From NCBI GenBank assembly GCA_965204535.1, contig OZ241996.1, positions 32,001-96,000 of the forward strand: a stretch of DNA of 64,000 nucleotides. Direction: 5' to 3'. The translations under genes were made by a program, and so were the position numbers. Positions 18,965-30,756 of the stretch are shown in pieces; the first letter of the stretch is position 1; each line of letters begins with the position of its first letter. The DNA is from a bacterium. Lineage in GTDB: Bacteria; UBA8248. Under the pieces are notes generated by a model, which was given only the letters and a program-made list of their open reading frames with translations, searched no databases and was not told where the DNA came from.

Positions 18965-19522
18965 GGGGGTTGTTGAAAAAATCCTGTGGAGCGATTTTGG
19001 TTGAGCGCACGCTTTTGAAGTTCACTCCCCCCTTGAGGCGGCTGTTGAAAAACCTCTCCTCGTGCAGAATTGGCACCGCCGTCATTCCGGCGAAAGCCGG
19101 AATCCATTTTCGCCTTTGCCTTTTCGCTTCCTCACTCAGACGTCTTTACTCCCGGGCAGGGAGAATCAGAATCAAACACAAAAACGAAAGGCGAATTCTC
19201 TGGATTCCGCGTCCGGACGCCTCGCAACAACAAGGTCGTGGCCGCTCCGCCCGGTGAAAAGTCAAAATGGATTCCGGCTTTCGCCGGAATGACGAACAAA
19301 CCCACACCGCCTCATTCTGCGCGGCAGTGTTCCCATCCGCCTCATCCTGAGTAGCGGCGAAGCCGCGTATCGAAGGTCAAACGCGATTGATGAATGAGCG
19401 TTTGTTTTCGTCCCGACGCAAGCCCTCGCCCTTCGATACGCCGCCTTCGGCGGCTACTCAGGGTGAGGAAAGAGGGGTTGGCGGTTGCCAGGGGACGCAT
19501 ACGGGGCTTTTTCAACAACTCC
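18965..19522. repeat. Composite repeat island bounded by GGGTTGTTGAAAAA / TTTTTCAACAACTCC; contains MITE copy 2 (19081-19293)
   Basis: Inverted terminal motifs; internal segments shared with 56615-57035, 11251-11285 and 54288-54500. Confidence 0.7.
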
Positions 19523-19536
19523 GACAGGATGCGGGA

Positions 19537-21459
19537 TCAGCCGATGATGCCGCCGTCGTCGCGGGTGATGGCGACCACGGCCGAGCGTGGCGTGGTGTCG
19601 CCGCCGTCCGGGAAATGGCTGTCGCCTCCCCGCTCGCCGGGGTGCTGTATGCCCACAAACATGGTCTTCCCGTCCGCGCTCCACTCGATGCCGGTGACCT
19701 CGCACTGCCTGGGTCCCACCATGAAGCGGCGTATCTCGCCCGTGACCGGGTCGCCCACGAGCATCTGGTTGTTGCCCTGGCCCGCGAAGCCTTTTGCGTT
19801 CTTGTAGTTGCCGTCGGTCTGAATCCACAGCATGCCGTTCCTGTCGAACGCGAGGCCGTCGGGCGAATTGAACATGTTATCGGGCGTCACGTTCTTTGAG
19901 CCCGCGTTCGGACCCTTGTGGACGGCGGGGTTGCCCGCGACGACGTATAAATCCCACGAAAAGGCGTTCGAGAGGTGGTCGCCCCCATCCGGCGCCCAGC
20001 GGACGATCTGCCCGTAGCGGTTCTTCGCGCGCGGATTGGGGCCGCCGACGGGGGTGGGGTCGCCGCCCTTGTTGGGCTTGACGCCGCGATTTTTATTATT
20101 GGTGAGGCAGCAGTAGACCTCCGCCTTCCTGGGGTTCGCCGCCACCCACTCGGCGCGGTCCATCGTGGTCGCCTTGACGGCCGAGGCCGCGACGCGCGTG
20201 TGGACGCAGACTTCCGCCTGAGAGGCCAGGCCTGTGGATTTCGGCGTGAGTTCCACCCACTCACCCTGGCCGTTTTCCGCGAATTTCGCCGCGTAGAGTT
20301 TGCCGTTCTCCAGGAGATTCGAGTTGTCGCCACCCTCGGCGTAGCGGCCCTCGCTCACGAACCTGTAGATGAACTCGCCGCGCTCATCATCCCCCATGTA
20401 GACCACCACCTGGCCGTTCGCGGCGAGCACGACTTCCGCGTTCTCGTGCTTGAAGCGCCCGAGTGCGGTGCGCTTTTTGGGGGTGGATTCGGGGTCGAGC
20501 GGGTCGATCTCGACGATGTAGCCAGCGCGATGAGGCTCATTCGGGTGTTTCGAGATATCGAAGCGCTCATCCGTCATCTCCCAGCGATACCCCCAATTCT
20601 TGGGGCCCACGCCTTAGCGCTTGAACTCGGGCGAAACCTTCACCTCGGGGTCGCTCGATGAGAAATAGCCGTGAAAATTCTCCTCGCACGATAGATACGT
20701 GCCCCACGGCGTCGCGCCGTTTCCGCAGTTGTTCCAGGTGCCGAGGCAGCGGGCGCCTTCCGGGTCGGCCGCCGTCTTCATCAGGGCGTGGCCCCGGGCG
20801 GGGCCGGTGACCTCCATCGGCGTGTCGGGCGTGATCTTCCGGTTGTAGGAGGAATCCTTGACGATCGACCACTCCCCGCCCTTCTGCGCAATCTCCATGA
20901 TCGACACCCCGTGCGCCGCCTTGTTCTTTCGCACGTCATCGGCCGTCGCGGGCTTTCCGCCGCCCTTCCCGCCGTGGATGATGCCGATGTTCGTATACTC
21001 GTTGTTGACGGCGAGGACGTTCCTGCCGCCGGCGCGAAAGAGCGACATGCCGTCGTTGTTGTCGCCGAAGGCGAGTTCCTGGCTCGCGCCCGTGCCGCGC
21101 GTCGCGTGGTCGAACTCGGGCCCGCGTGTCCACATGGGGTCGCCCCACCTGGCGACGACGTGCCAGCTGTAGCCCCTGGGCACGGTGACCGTGTCGCGCG
21201 TGCCTGCGGGCACGGCCTCGAAGCCGAAACGGTTCGCGTTCGCGAAAGCCGAGAGCGGGTCGAGCCCGCCCGCGCTCATGACGAACGCCGCAGCAGCAAG
21301 CGCGCCGCGGCCCAGGAAGCCGCGCCGGGACATCATCTTCTCCACCAGCTTTTCGAAATCCGTCTCCTCGTGACGCGGATAATGGATCTCGTCGAACTCA
21401 TCCGGTGAATACTCTTCGTGCGCGGCGAGCTGCGCTTCGCGCGTTACATCCTCGTGCAT
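19537..21459 (-). pseudogene. phoX: PhoX alkaline phosphatase with in-frame TAA at 20614-20616
   Basis: Tat signal SRRGFL; NNDGM, NCGNGATPWGTYLSCEEN, GRFKHE, PDGL, GIQHPG; the two ORFs are in one frame, joined as EFKR*GVGPKNW. Confidence 0.88.
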
Positions 21460-21708
21460 CTCTCATCCCCCACTGTGTGAGATTCCAGAATAACGCATGG
21501 GCGCGCGAATGACGCGCCCGCATCATGCGATTTCGTCATCGGGGCGGATTATAACGGCCCGCCGTCGCGCGCACGTTACAAAATCGTGGAAAATTCATGA
21601 AAAACGGGAGGCGGCAAGAAGAACATAAGCGAGACTCACTATCCCCATGAAAGCCAATCGCAACTGATGAAGGAGCGATGGCGGAATGCCGATTGAAGAA
21701 TGGTGGGT

Positions 21709-21767
21709 TGTAGGGACAACCCCCCGTGGTTGTCCTCTCACGGACAGGCAAAGGGGCCTGTCCCTAC
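21709..21767. repeat. GTAG-type REP doublet
   Basis: Inverted counterpart of the 17339-17411 doublet. Confidence 0.7.
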
Positions 21768-21809
21768 GGGTTCCCCGCAGCCCCGGGGCGCCAGCCGCGC
21801 CAGAATTGC

Positions 21810-22847
21810 TCAAGTCGATTCGAGCGCCGCCTCGACTTTTTTCGCCACCTCGGCCGGAACCCAGCCCTTCCAGACCTTGTTGGTCTTCAGGAAATGGATC
21901 GCGGTGACCTTCGCGTCGCCGCCGGCTTCTTTCTCGAGATAGGAGAGCACCCCCGAGACGACTTTCGAGGGGAGCGAGTATTTTTCGAGGAAGGCGACGA
22001 TCTCCGGATGCCTGGCCGCGAACTTCGCCGTGACCGTTTTGGGCAGCTCCATCGTCCGGTAGGCGACAGCCTTCTCGGGATTCCCCATGGCCTCCACCCC
22101 GCCCTTCTTGAGCGCGTTCACGTGCTTCATCATCGCGTCCCAGTCGGCCTCGTTCCACTTGGGTTCTTCGAGCTGGACGAGGTCGAGCTGGCCGAGCAGC
22201 GGCGTCGGCGCCCAGTAATAGGCGAGCACGGGTTTTTTCTTGAGATACGCGCCCTTGATGGCCGCCGCGAGCGCGCCGCCCGAGCCGGGCCGGAAATTCG
22301 TAAAATGTTTTTCCAGCCCGTAGGCGCGCAGCTTCACCGTGTTGATGACCTCGCACGCCCAGCCGGGAATGCAGTTCACGAAGCGGCCCTTGGAGGGTTC
22401 TTCCGGGTCTTTGAAGAGGTGCTTGTACTTCGCCAGGTCGTAGACCGTCTTCAAGCCGGGGTTCGCCTTCTGGACGAAGCGCGGGATGAACCAGCCCTGT
22501 ATGCTGTCTGGCGTGTTCACGCTCAGCTTCTTGACCTTGCCCTCCTTCTCCGCGAGGTCGTACTGATCCTTCGTGCTGTCGTACCAGAGCTCCATGATCA
22601 GGTCGTTCTTGCCCTCGTAGTGGGCCGCCATGGTCGGCAGCGTGCCGCCGTAGATGAGCCGCACCCGGCATCCGTAGCCGTGCTTCAGGATGAAGGCGGC
22701 CACCTGGCCGTGAAAGTTGGCGCTGTCCCAGTTGAGGTCGCCGATGCGGACCCTGCAGGCGGCTTCGGCCCTTCCAGGGAGGGAGGCGAACGTCGCCACT
22801 CCCAAGGTGGCGACAAAAACAAATATAATCAATGTCTTGCGCTTCAT
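21810..22847 (-). CDS. Glycine betaine/proline ABC substrate-binding protein (ProX/OpuAC-like)
   Basis: Signal peptide; LNWDS, MELW, CIPGWAC, YYWAPT aromatic-cage motifs. Confidence 0.88.
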   Translation of the reverse strand: MKRKTLIIFVFVATLGVATFASLPGRAEAACRVRIGDLNWDSANFHGQVAAFILKHGYGCRVRLIYGGTLPTMAAHYEGKNDLIMELWYDSTKDQYDLAEKEGKVKKLSVNTPDSIQGWFIPRFVQKANPGLKTVYDLAKYKHLFKDPEEPSKGRFVNCIPGWACEVINTVKLRAYGLEKHFTNFRPGSGGALAAAIKGAYLKKKPVLAYYWAPTPLLGQLDLVQLEEPKWNEADWDAMMKHVNALKKGGVEAMGNPEKAVAYRTMELPKTVTAKFAARHPEIVAFLEKYSLPSKVVSGVLSYLEKEAGGDAKVTAIHFLKTNKVWKGWVPAEVAKKVEAALEST

Positions 22848-23142
22848 AACCTGTCTCCAAAGTTTAGATATTCAGGGCGGGATGATACGGGGTCTTGACC
22901 ATGAAAATATAGAACGCAGGCCCCGGAAGTCAAACCGGCGTGAGGAACAAGGGGGTGGCCTGCCGCAGAGGATAGGAGCGCTCCTCCCGCATGTGTCGAG
23001 GTCCTCCAAGCCGCCGGAATGACGAACCTGAACCACACTCCCCCTCCACGCCTTCCCAAGCGGGCGCGCAGGCTGTAGATTGGGTCTCGCCGAAAATTGT
23101 CGCGCACAACGCCATGAGAACGCCTCAAACCCCGGGAACCGG

Positions 23143-24027
23143 ATGAACCCCCAGCTCATCGCCGCATCCTACGCCATGTCCACCGCCGTGGTGTTCGCTA
23201 TCTTCAGCGTGTGCATCAGGAAGGGAGGCGAGCACGCCAACGCGCTCACGGGCGTCTTCATCGGCCTATTCACCTCGCTGCCCGTCATGCTCGCCGTCAC
23301 CTGGTACTACTGGGAGCCCGAGTGGTGGAACCTCCCGGCGTTTTTCTTCTTCTCGCTGGCGGGCCTCACGGGGCCGGCGATGTCGCGCGTGTTTCTCTAC
23401 TTGAGCATCTCCTATCTGGGCGTCGCGCGGGCGATGCCGTTCGTCTCGCTGACGCCCCTTTTCTCCACCTCGCTCGCCATCGCCTTCCTCGGCGAGCGGC
23501 CGGGCGCGCTCATCCTGGCGGGCACGCTCTTCATCGTCCTGGGCAGCGTTGCGCTCAGCTACAAGAAGACAGACGACACCTCATGGCAGCGAAAACACCT
23601 CTGGCTGGCGTTCTTCAGCGCCGTCGCCGCCGCGTTCTCGTTTCTGTTCCGAAAACTCGCCTTCGCCCACGTCGAGGCCCCCGTCATGGGCGCGACCCTC
23701 ACCACGCTGGCGGGGTTTCTCTTCCTCATCACCTTCATCCCCCTGTTTCCAAAAGACCAGAAACCGAACCAGTTCGACCGCCCCAAGGCCTGGTATATCT
23801 TCGGACTGTGCGGACTGCTGAACGCGCTCGGTTTTTTCCTGCATTTCACCGCCTTGAACATCGGCGATCTCTCGGTCGTCTCCCCACTCACCTCCACGGC
23901 GCCCGTCTTCAGCCTCATCATGAGCTACTTCCTGCTCAGGAGCGTGGAGCGCATCACGCCCGCCATCCTCGTTGGCACGGCCTGCATGGTGATAGGTGCT
24001 GCCCTCATCGGCTGGCGCATACGCTGA
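23143..24027 (+). CDS. DMT/EamA family transporter
   Basis: About 10 TMs in two repeats; FLGERP, SVVSPL..TAPVF, VERIT. Confidence 0.85.
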   Translation: MNPQLIAASYAMSTAVVFAIFSVCIRKGGEHANALTGVFIGLFTSLPVMLAVTWYYWEPEWWNLPAFFFFSLAGLTGPAMSRVFLYLSISYLGVARAMPFVSLTPLFSTSLAIAFLGERPGALILAGTLFIVLGSVALSYKKTDDTSWQRKHLWLAFFSAVAAAFSFLFRKLAFAHVEAPVMGATLTTLAGFLFLITFIPLFPKDQKPNQFDRPKAWYIFGLCGLLNALGFFLHFTALNIGDLSVVSPLTSTAPVFSLIMSYFLLRSVERITPAILVGTACMVIGAALIGWRIR

Positions 24028-24047
24028 GAAACAAGATATCGGAGAAG

Positions 24048-24346
24048 CGTAGGGACAGGTCTCCGTGCCTGTCCGGTGTTCGCTTTTGATTGTCATTCCG
24101 GCGCATGCCGGAATCCAGGGATTATGTTTTTGAATTTGTGTTTTCGCTCTATTATTTTTCATGGTTGTCCTGCGATTTGAAATCCTCATCTGTCCTGGAT
24201 TCCGGCATGCGCCGGAATGACGGCAATCTGCCGTATCCGGATCGTAAGGACAGGCACGGGGGGCAGGGCGACCACAGGGGGTCGCCCCTACGCGCATCTC
24301 GTGTATTGAAATGAAACTGCAGGGACGGGTCCGCGACCTGTCCCTG
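24048..24346. repeat. REP/MITE cluster
   Basis: GTAGGGACAGG units plus paired GTCATTCCGGCGCATGCCGGAATCCAGG / CCTGGATTCCGGCATGCGCCGGAATGAC. Confidence 0.75.
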
Positions 24347-24565
24347 CGGAAAGCGGATGGGTTTGCGGAGGAGAACCCGCGTATCGGCCTTTATTTCTCC
24401 CCGCGTCAGGCGCGAAAAAACATCCCGCAACGATAAAATTTCCGCTAGAATGGTTCATGCGCGCCGTGGGGGAGAAAGTGTGCGCGCACACAGGCCGCCT
24501 CTTGTCCCCCCTGTCTTGCGCGAAAAACCGGCGGGGCCGAAATTGAAGGGAAGGAGGGTCGGCCG

Positions 24566-25798
24566 ATGATGATGTTTCGATTCTCGCTATACGGCTTCCT
24601 CAAGAACCAGACCTATTTCGAGCCCTTCCTCATCCTCGCCTTCCTGGAAAAAGACCTCTCCTTCTTCCAGATCGGGATTCTCATCGGCTTCCGCGAGGTG
24701 TGCATCAACATCTTCGAGATCCCCAGCGGCGCGGTGGCCGACATTTACGGCAGAAGGCGCTCGATGATCTTCTCGTTCCTGGCCTACATCGCCTCGTTCC
24801 TCGTCTTCGCCTGGTCGACCTCCTTCGCCGCCCTGTTCCTCGCCATGTTCGCCTTCGCCCTGGGCGATTCGTTCCGCACGGGCACGCACAAGGCGATGAT
24901 CTTCGAGTGGCTGAGAATCCAGGGCCGCGAGAAAGAACGCACCCGCGTCTACGGGTTCACGCGCTCGTGGTCGAAGATAGGCTCGGCCGTCTCGGTCGTG
25001 GTCGCGAGCGCGTTCATCTTCACAGGGGCGCGCTACAGCGACATCTTCCTGCTCGCCGTCATCCCCTATGCGCTGAACGTCGTGAACTTCATGGGCTACC
25101 CCACCGAACTCGAAGGCGCACGCTCCCCGGACGCGAAAATCCCGGGCGTCTGGGAACACCTCAAGAACTCCATGCACACGGCGTTCAGCGACAAGCCGCT
25201 GCGCGGCATCCTGGTGGAAGCGATGAGCTACGAGGGCACCTACAAGGTCGCCAAGGACTACATCCAGCCAGTCATCAAGCAGGCCGCCCTGGGTCTCGCC
25301 CTCCTCGCCGCCTGGCAGCAGCACCAGCGCGTGGCGGTTCTGGTGGGGGCGGCCTACTTCGTCCTGCACCTTCTCTCGAGCTTCGCCTCACGCGGGGGAC
25401 ACCGCCTCGTCGCCTCGGCGGGGTCCGAGGAAGCCGCCGCGAAATCGCTCTGGGGCGCCACCGCCCTCGTCTACGCCACGCTCGCCTGGGGGCTCTGGAC
25501 GGGCTGGGAGTTCATCGTCATCGCGGGCTTCGTCGTTCTGGCCGTGCTGCAGAACTTCTGGCGGCCCGTGCTCATCAGCCGCATCGACGCCCACAGCACG
25601 CCCGAGGCGGGCGCGACGATACTTTCGGTGGAATCGCAGGGCAAATCCGTCCTCGCGATGGGCCTCGCCCCCCTCATCGGCCTCTGCGTGGACGCCTTCG
25701 GCCTCGTGGGGATGAGCGTCGTCGCGCTGCTGATCGCCGCGCCCTTCGCCCTCACGAGCCTCGGCGGCACGCGAGAACGGGCGGTTCACCAGCCCTAG
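24566..25798 (+). CDS. MFS transporter
   Basis: FEIPSGAVADIYGRRRSM motif A; FRTGTHKA. Confidence 0.88.
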   Translation: MMMFRFSLYGFLKNQTYFEPFLILAFLEKDLSFFQIGILIGFREVCINIFEIPSGAVADIYGRRRSMIFSFLAYIASFLVFAWSTSFAALFLAMFAFALGDSFRTGTHKAMIFEWLRIQGREKERTRVYGFTRSWSKIGSAVSVVVASAFIFTGARYSDIFLLAVIPYALNVVNFMGYPTELEGARSPDAKIPGVWEHLKNSMHTAFSDKPLRGILVEAMSYEGTYKVAKDYIQPVIKQAALGLALLAAWQQHQRVAVLVGAAYFVLHLLSSFASRGGHRLVASAGSEEAAAKSLWGATALVYATLAWGLWTGWEFIVIAGFVVLAVLQNFWRPVLISRIDAHSTPEAGATILSVESQGKSVLAMGLAPLIGLCVDAFGLVGMSVVALLIAAPFALTSLGGTRERAVHQP

Positions 25799-25915
25799 GC
25801 TCCATCTTCCCCGGACGAACCGAACCGCTCAAATGCTTGGATCCACCCGGAATGAAATGATAGAGTCCAAGGAAACACCACGGATTAGAAATTCCCTCTG
25901 GAGAAAAACACGGAC

Positions 25916-26653
25916 ATGCCCGGTTTGTTCGACGGCGCTGAAAGCATGGAGGACATCGGGGAAATATACGCCAGGATAAAGGCCAACTGCCCTGCTCCCT
26001 TCTCCAACTCCCAGAAACTCTGGGAGCTTCGATGCGCCTGTGACATTTCTTCTCATAGTGAAAACCAGGAGACAATGTTAGAGAAAGCCGTAGCCATGCT
26101 GGCTCACAACGGCTATATGCGCGGATGGTTCAACCAGTGTCCGACCGCTTCGGGGATTGGCGATTCGTCTCGAAACAGAAAAAGCAGCGTCGACCTCGTT
26201 CACTGGGACACAGTAAACGAACGTGTCCGTCTGGTCGAGTTGAAAACCACGAGCAATGACCCGCTCTATGCGCTAAGAGAAATTCTCCGTTACGGCACAG
26301 CATACGTCTTTTGCCGAATCTACAAAGATAAACTGCACCTGCAGGATCGACCCTTGATGAAGGCAAAACACGTCTCACTTGAAGTCGCCGCGCCCGCCTG
26401 TTTTTATCAAAATTCCCATGACCTTGAAGATACGCTCACGAGGATATGTGAATTTTTGGACAAATTCGACGTCGGCTCCAGGATCGATGGATTGACAATG
26501 TCTCTGGACGCGCTCGCCTTTCCAGAGGATTTCAAGTTACCGTTCAAGAATGGAGAAGAAGTCAAGCAAAAGTGCAACCCTTATTCCGAACGCTTGACGG
26601 CCGAGGGTCGGATTGTCCGGGACGCGTTCAATGGTTTAAGTTCGGTTGTATGA
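25916..26653 (+). CDS. Hypothetical protein, PD-(D/E)xK nuclease-like
   Basis: NQ.P...VDLV...RLVELK..SNDPLYA..E...Y pattern; lower GC than flanks. Confidence 0.5.
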   Translation: MPGLFDGAESMEDIGEIYARIKANCPAPFSNSQKLWELRCACDISSHSENQETMLEKAVAMLAHNGYMRGWFNQCPTASGIGDSSRNRKSSVDLVHWDTVNERVRLVELKTTSNDPLYALREILRYGTAYVFCRIYKDKLHLQDRPLMKAKHVSLEVAAPACFYQNSHDLEDTLTRICEFLDKFDVGSRIDGLTMSLDALAFPEDFKLPFKNGEEVKQKCNPYSERLTAEGRIVRDAFNGLSSVV

Positions 26654-26717
26654 GAAAGATACTAAATAACCGACGGATTTTCGCGCGGCGGCCTGCGCCG
26701 CCCGTCAGGAGCGCGAC

Positions 26718-27899
26718 GTGAACGACGCCGACAATCGAGACGATTTGGGCATCACCCTCGGGGTCGAGGAGGAATTCTTTCTCGTCGACCCCGAATCGCG
26801 CGACCTCATCGCCGACCCCGCGCCGGAGATATTCGAAGCCTGCGAAGCCCGGATCGGCCCCCACAAGGTCACGCGGGAGGCGCTTCGCCCCCAGATTGAG
26901 ACGAACACGCGGGTGTGCGCGTCGGTGGCCGAGGCGCGCGAGGCGCTGCGCGAGACCCGGCGGGTCGTCATCGAGGCGGCGGAGGCGCACGGGGCGGCGG
27001 TGCTGGCCGCCTCCACACATCCCTTCGCGCAGTGGCGGGAGCTGGCGGTCACGCCCAAGGAGCGATACAGGCGCTTCGAGGTGACTTTCCAGGAGACCCT
27101 GCGCCGCCTGGTCATCGGCGGAATGCACGTCCACGCGGGCTTCGGCGACCCCGAATCGCGCATCCGGGTCATGACGGCCATGCGCCGCTATCTGCCCGCG
27201 CTCCACGCGCTCTCCACCTCCTCGCCCTTCAACGGCGGGCACGACACGGGCTACAAATCCTACCGTCTGAACCTCATCGGCGGACTCCCGCGCACCAGCC
27301 TGCCCGGCCCGCTGCGCTCCCGGGTGGAGTATGAGGAGATCATCGCGGAGTATCGGCGAATGAACTTCATCGAGAACGGCAGCGAACTCTGGTGGGACAT
27401 CCGCCCCGCCCACGCCTTCCCGACGGTGGAGCTTCGCATCTGCGACATCTGCCCCAGGATCGAGGACGCCGTCTGCATCGCGGCGCTCTACGCCTCTCTC
27501 CTCAGGCGGCTCATGCGCCTGGACGAAGAGGGCGCGCTGCCACCCGAGCCGCTCACCGAGATCATCGCGGAGAACCGCTGGGTCGCCCAACGATACGGAA
27601 CGCTCGCCTTCTTCGGCGATACGACGCGTGAGAACGCGCGGGTGGACATCGACGACTTCATGCACGAACTCGTCGAGACGCTCGCGCCCGACGCCCGCGC
27701 GTTGGGTTGCGAGGCCGAAACCCGCCACGCGCTCGCCATCATCCGCGAGGGCAGCGGCGCGGACCGCCAGGTCGACCTCTACCGCCTGCGCCGCCTGGAA
27801 GGCGACACGGACGAGGAAGCACTCCGCCGCGTGGTGGACCTGGTGCTCGCCGAAACCAAGGAGGGGCTGTGGGAATCCTTCGGTGAAACCTTCGGTTGA
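26718..27899 (+). CDS. ybdK: Carboxylate-amine ligase (YbdK/GCS2 family)
   Basis: TLGVEEEF, GMHVH, SSPF, LWWDIRP, TVELRICD. Confidence 0.9.
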   Translation: MNDADNRDDLGITLGVEEEFFLVDPESRDLIADPAPEIFEACEARIGPHKVTREALRPQIETNTRVCASVAEAREALRETRRVVIEAAEAHGAAVLAASTHPFAQWRELAVTPKERYRRFEVTFQETLRRLVIGGMHVHAGFGDPESRIRVMTAMRRYLPALHALSTSSPFNGGHDTGYKSYRLNLIGGLPRTSLPGPLRSRVEYEEIIAEYRRMNFIENGSELWWDIRPAHAFPTVELRICDICPRIEDAVCIAALYASLLRRLMRLDEEGALPPEPLTEIIAENRWVAQRYGTLAFFGDTTRENARVDIDDFMHELVETLAPDARALGCEAETRHALAIIREGSGADRQVDLYRLRRLEGDTDEEALRRVVDLVLAETKEGLWESFGETFG

Positions 27900-28026
27900 G
27901 AAGACCGCGCCTGGCGCGGCGCAAGTCCGTCATGGATTCCGTCCCACAAAAGTGCATGTATTGACACGGATGACTTGACACACGACCAAATTCGTGTAAA
28001 TATATGCACGCACAAAGGGTAATGCA

Positions 28027-28221
28027 ATACCAATAGAAACCAACAGAAACAAAATCAAGCGCAGGTTGGAAAGGGACGGCTGGTATCTCTCACGCCACGG
28101 CTCCAACCACGATATCTATAGGCACCCGAGCAAAAGCGGCACGATTACGCTGCCGCGCCACCGGACGCTGACGCCAGGTGCCGCCCGTACGATTGCCGCA
28201 CGAGCCGGATGGATAGACTAG
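28027..28221 (+). CDS. hicA: HicA toxin lacking a canonical start codon (ATA)
   Basis: Manual translation (I)PIETNRNKIKRRLERDGWYLSRHGSNHDIYRHP...TLPRHRTLTPGAARTIAARAGWID; directly upstream of hicB. Confidence 0.8.
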   Translation: MPIETNRNKIKRRLERDGWYLSRHGSNHDIYRHPSKSGTITLPRHRTLTPGAARTIAARAGWID

Positions 28222-28233
28222 GAGGGCACGGCC

Positions 28234-28620
28234 ATGTCCCGATACCCCGCATTGATCGATGGTGAGGAAGGCGCATACGGCGTCATCTTCCCTGATCTTC
28301 CCGGCATTGCCGCCATGGGCAAGACCCTGGATGAGGCGCTCGTCAACGCCGAGGAAGCGTTGCGCGACTACGTGATTGAGGCGGAAAAGCACGACGAGGA
28401 GGTTGTCGCTCCGACCGCCATCGAAAACGTAGACACCCCAACCGGGTGCGCGCTCGTCTCCATTCCGATGATTCGCCTCTCGGGACGCAGCGTCCGCGCC
28501 AACCTGTCGCTCGATGAGGGTGTCGCCGCTTTTATCGACGGCGAAGCCGCCAGGCGCGGGATGACGCGCACGGCCTACGTCGAATGGATGGCGCGTCGCG
28601 TCGCGCAGATGGGGGGGTAG
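28234..28620 (+). CDS. hicB: HicB antitoxin with C-terminal RHH
   Basis: YGVIFPDLPG..AMGKTLDEA..NAEEAL; RANLSL...ID..A..RGMTRT. Confidence 0.9.
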   Translation: MSRYPALIDGEEGAYGVIFPDLPGIAAMGKTLDEALVNAEEALRDYVIEAEKHDEEVVAPTAIENVDTPTGCALVSIPMIRLSGRSVRANLSLDEGVAAFIDGEAARRGMTRTAYVEWMARRVAQMGG

Positions 28621-28917
28621 CGTCGCGCTCGAAAAGAACAGCCCGCATGGCGGATTCCCCACCCGTCATTCCAGCGCATGCCGGAATGACGAACCCAGGC
28701 AAAAGTTCTGTGATTCGGCGTAGGGGTCAGACATATATGTCTGACTATGTGTTCTCCCGTTTTTCCGAGTTCTCGTCCGATCGATTGGGCGGACACTTGG
28801 GTCCGCCCCTACGTGTCGCTCCCGATTGATGAGGCTTATTCGACAGACCCCGTTTCGCATTGACCGCTTAAGTCAAAACAAACTAGACTGACTCCATCCA
28901 CCAGACATGGCGGGCCT

Positions 28918-29444
28918 GTGGCCCGGTTCTCCGCGCAAGACGGGAAGCCAATCGTGCGAAACATCGAACGAAATCTCTCCTGGATTCTTCTCCTTTCGCT
29001 CACCTTGATGCTCACCGCCCAGGTCATCGCGCGCTACATCTTCTTCACCTCGATCAGCTGGATCGAGGAGTTCTCGCGCATCGTCTTCATCTGGTTCATC
29101 TACCTGACGATCAGCTGGATCATCCTGCAGGGACGACACATCCGCGTGAACGCGATCGCGATGATAACGCCCGCCTCCTGGGCGCGTCCGATAGTCTTTT
29201 TCTCCGACTGCCTGTGGATGCTCTTCAACGTCCTGATGACGTATTACGGCTATCTTTTCGTGAAAAGCGAAATCGACGTTTGGTCGGAGACCGACATTCT
29301 CCAGATACCCGAAGCCGCCGTTCACGCGATCATCCCCATCGGGTTCGGGCTGATGACCATACGCCTCGCCCAGTATATGTACCGCGTCTACGTGATAGGC
29401 GGACCCGAAGTGGTCTATGAGGTCGAAAAGCAGGAGGAAGAGCG

Positions 29445-29448
<4 letters not shown>
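28918..29448 (+). CDS. dctQ: TRAP transporter small permease
   Basis: QVIARY, SWIEEFSR, HIRVN; 4 TMs; start uncertain. Confidence 0.88.
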
Positions 29449-30731
<1,283 letters not shown>

Positions 30732-30756
30732 GGAGCTAACCCAAAGGAGGCAAGAC

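Noticed and set aside
20614-20616. Stop-codon recoding in phoX
   Set aside because: The codon is TAA at a probable Tyr position; Sec uses UGA and Pyl uses UAG
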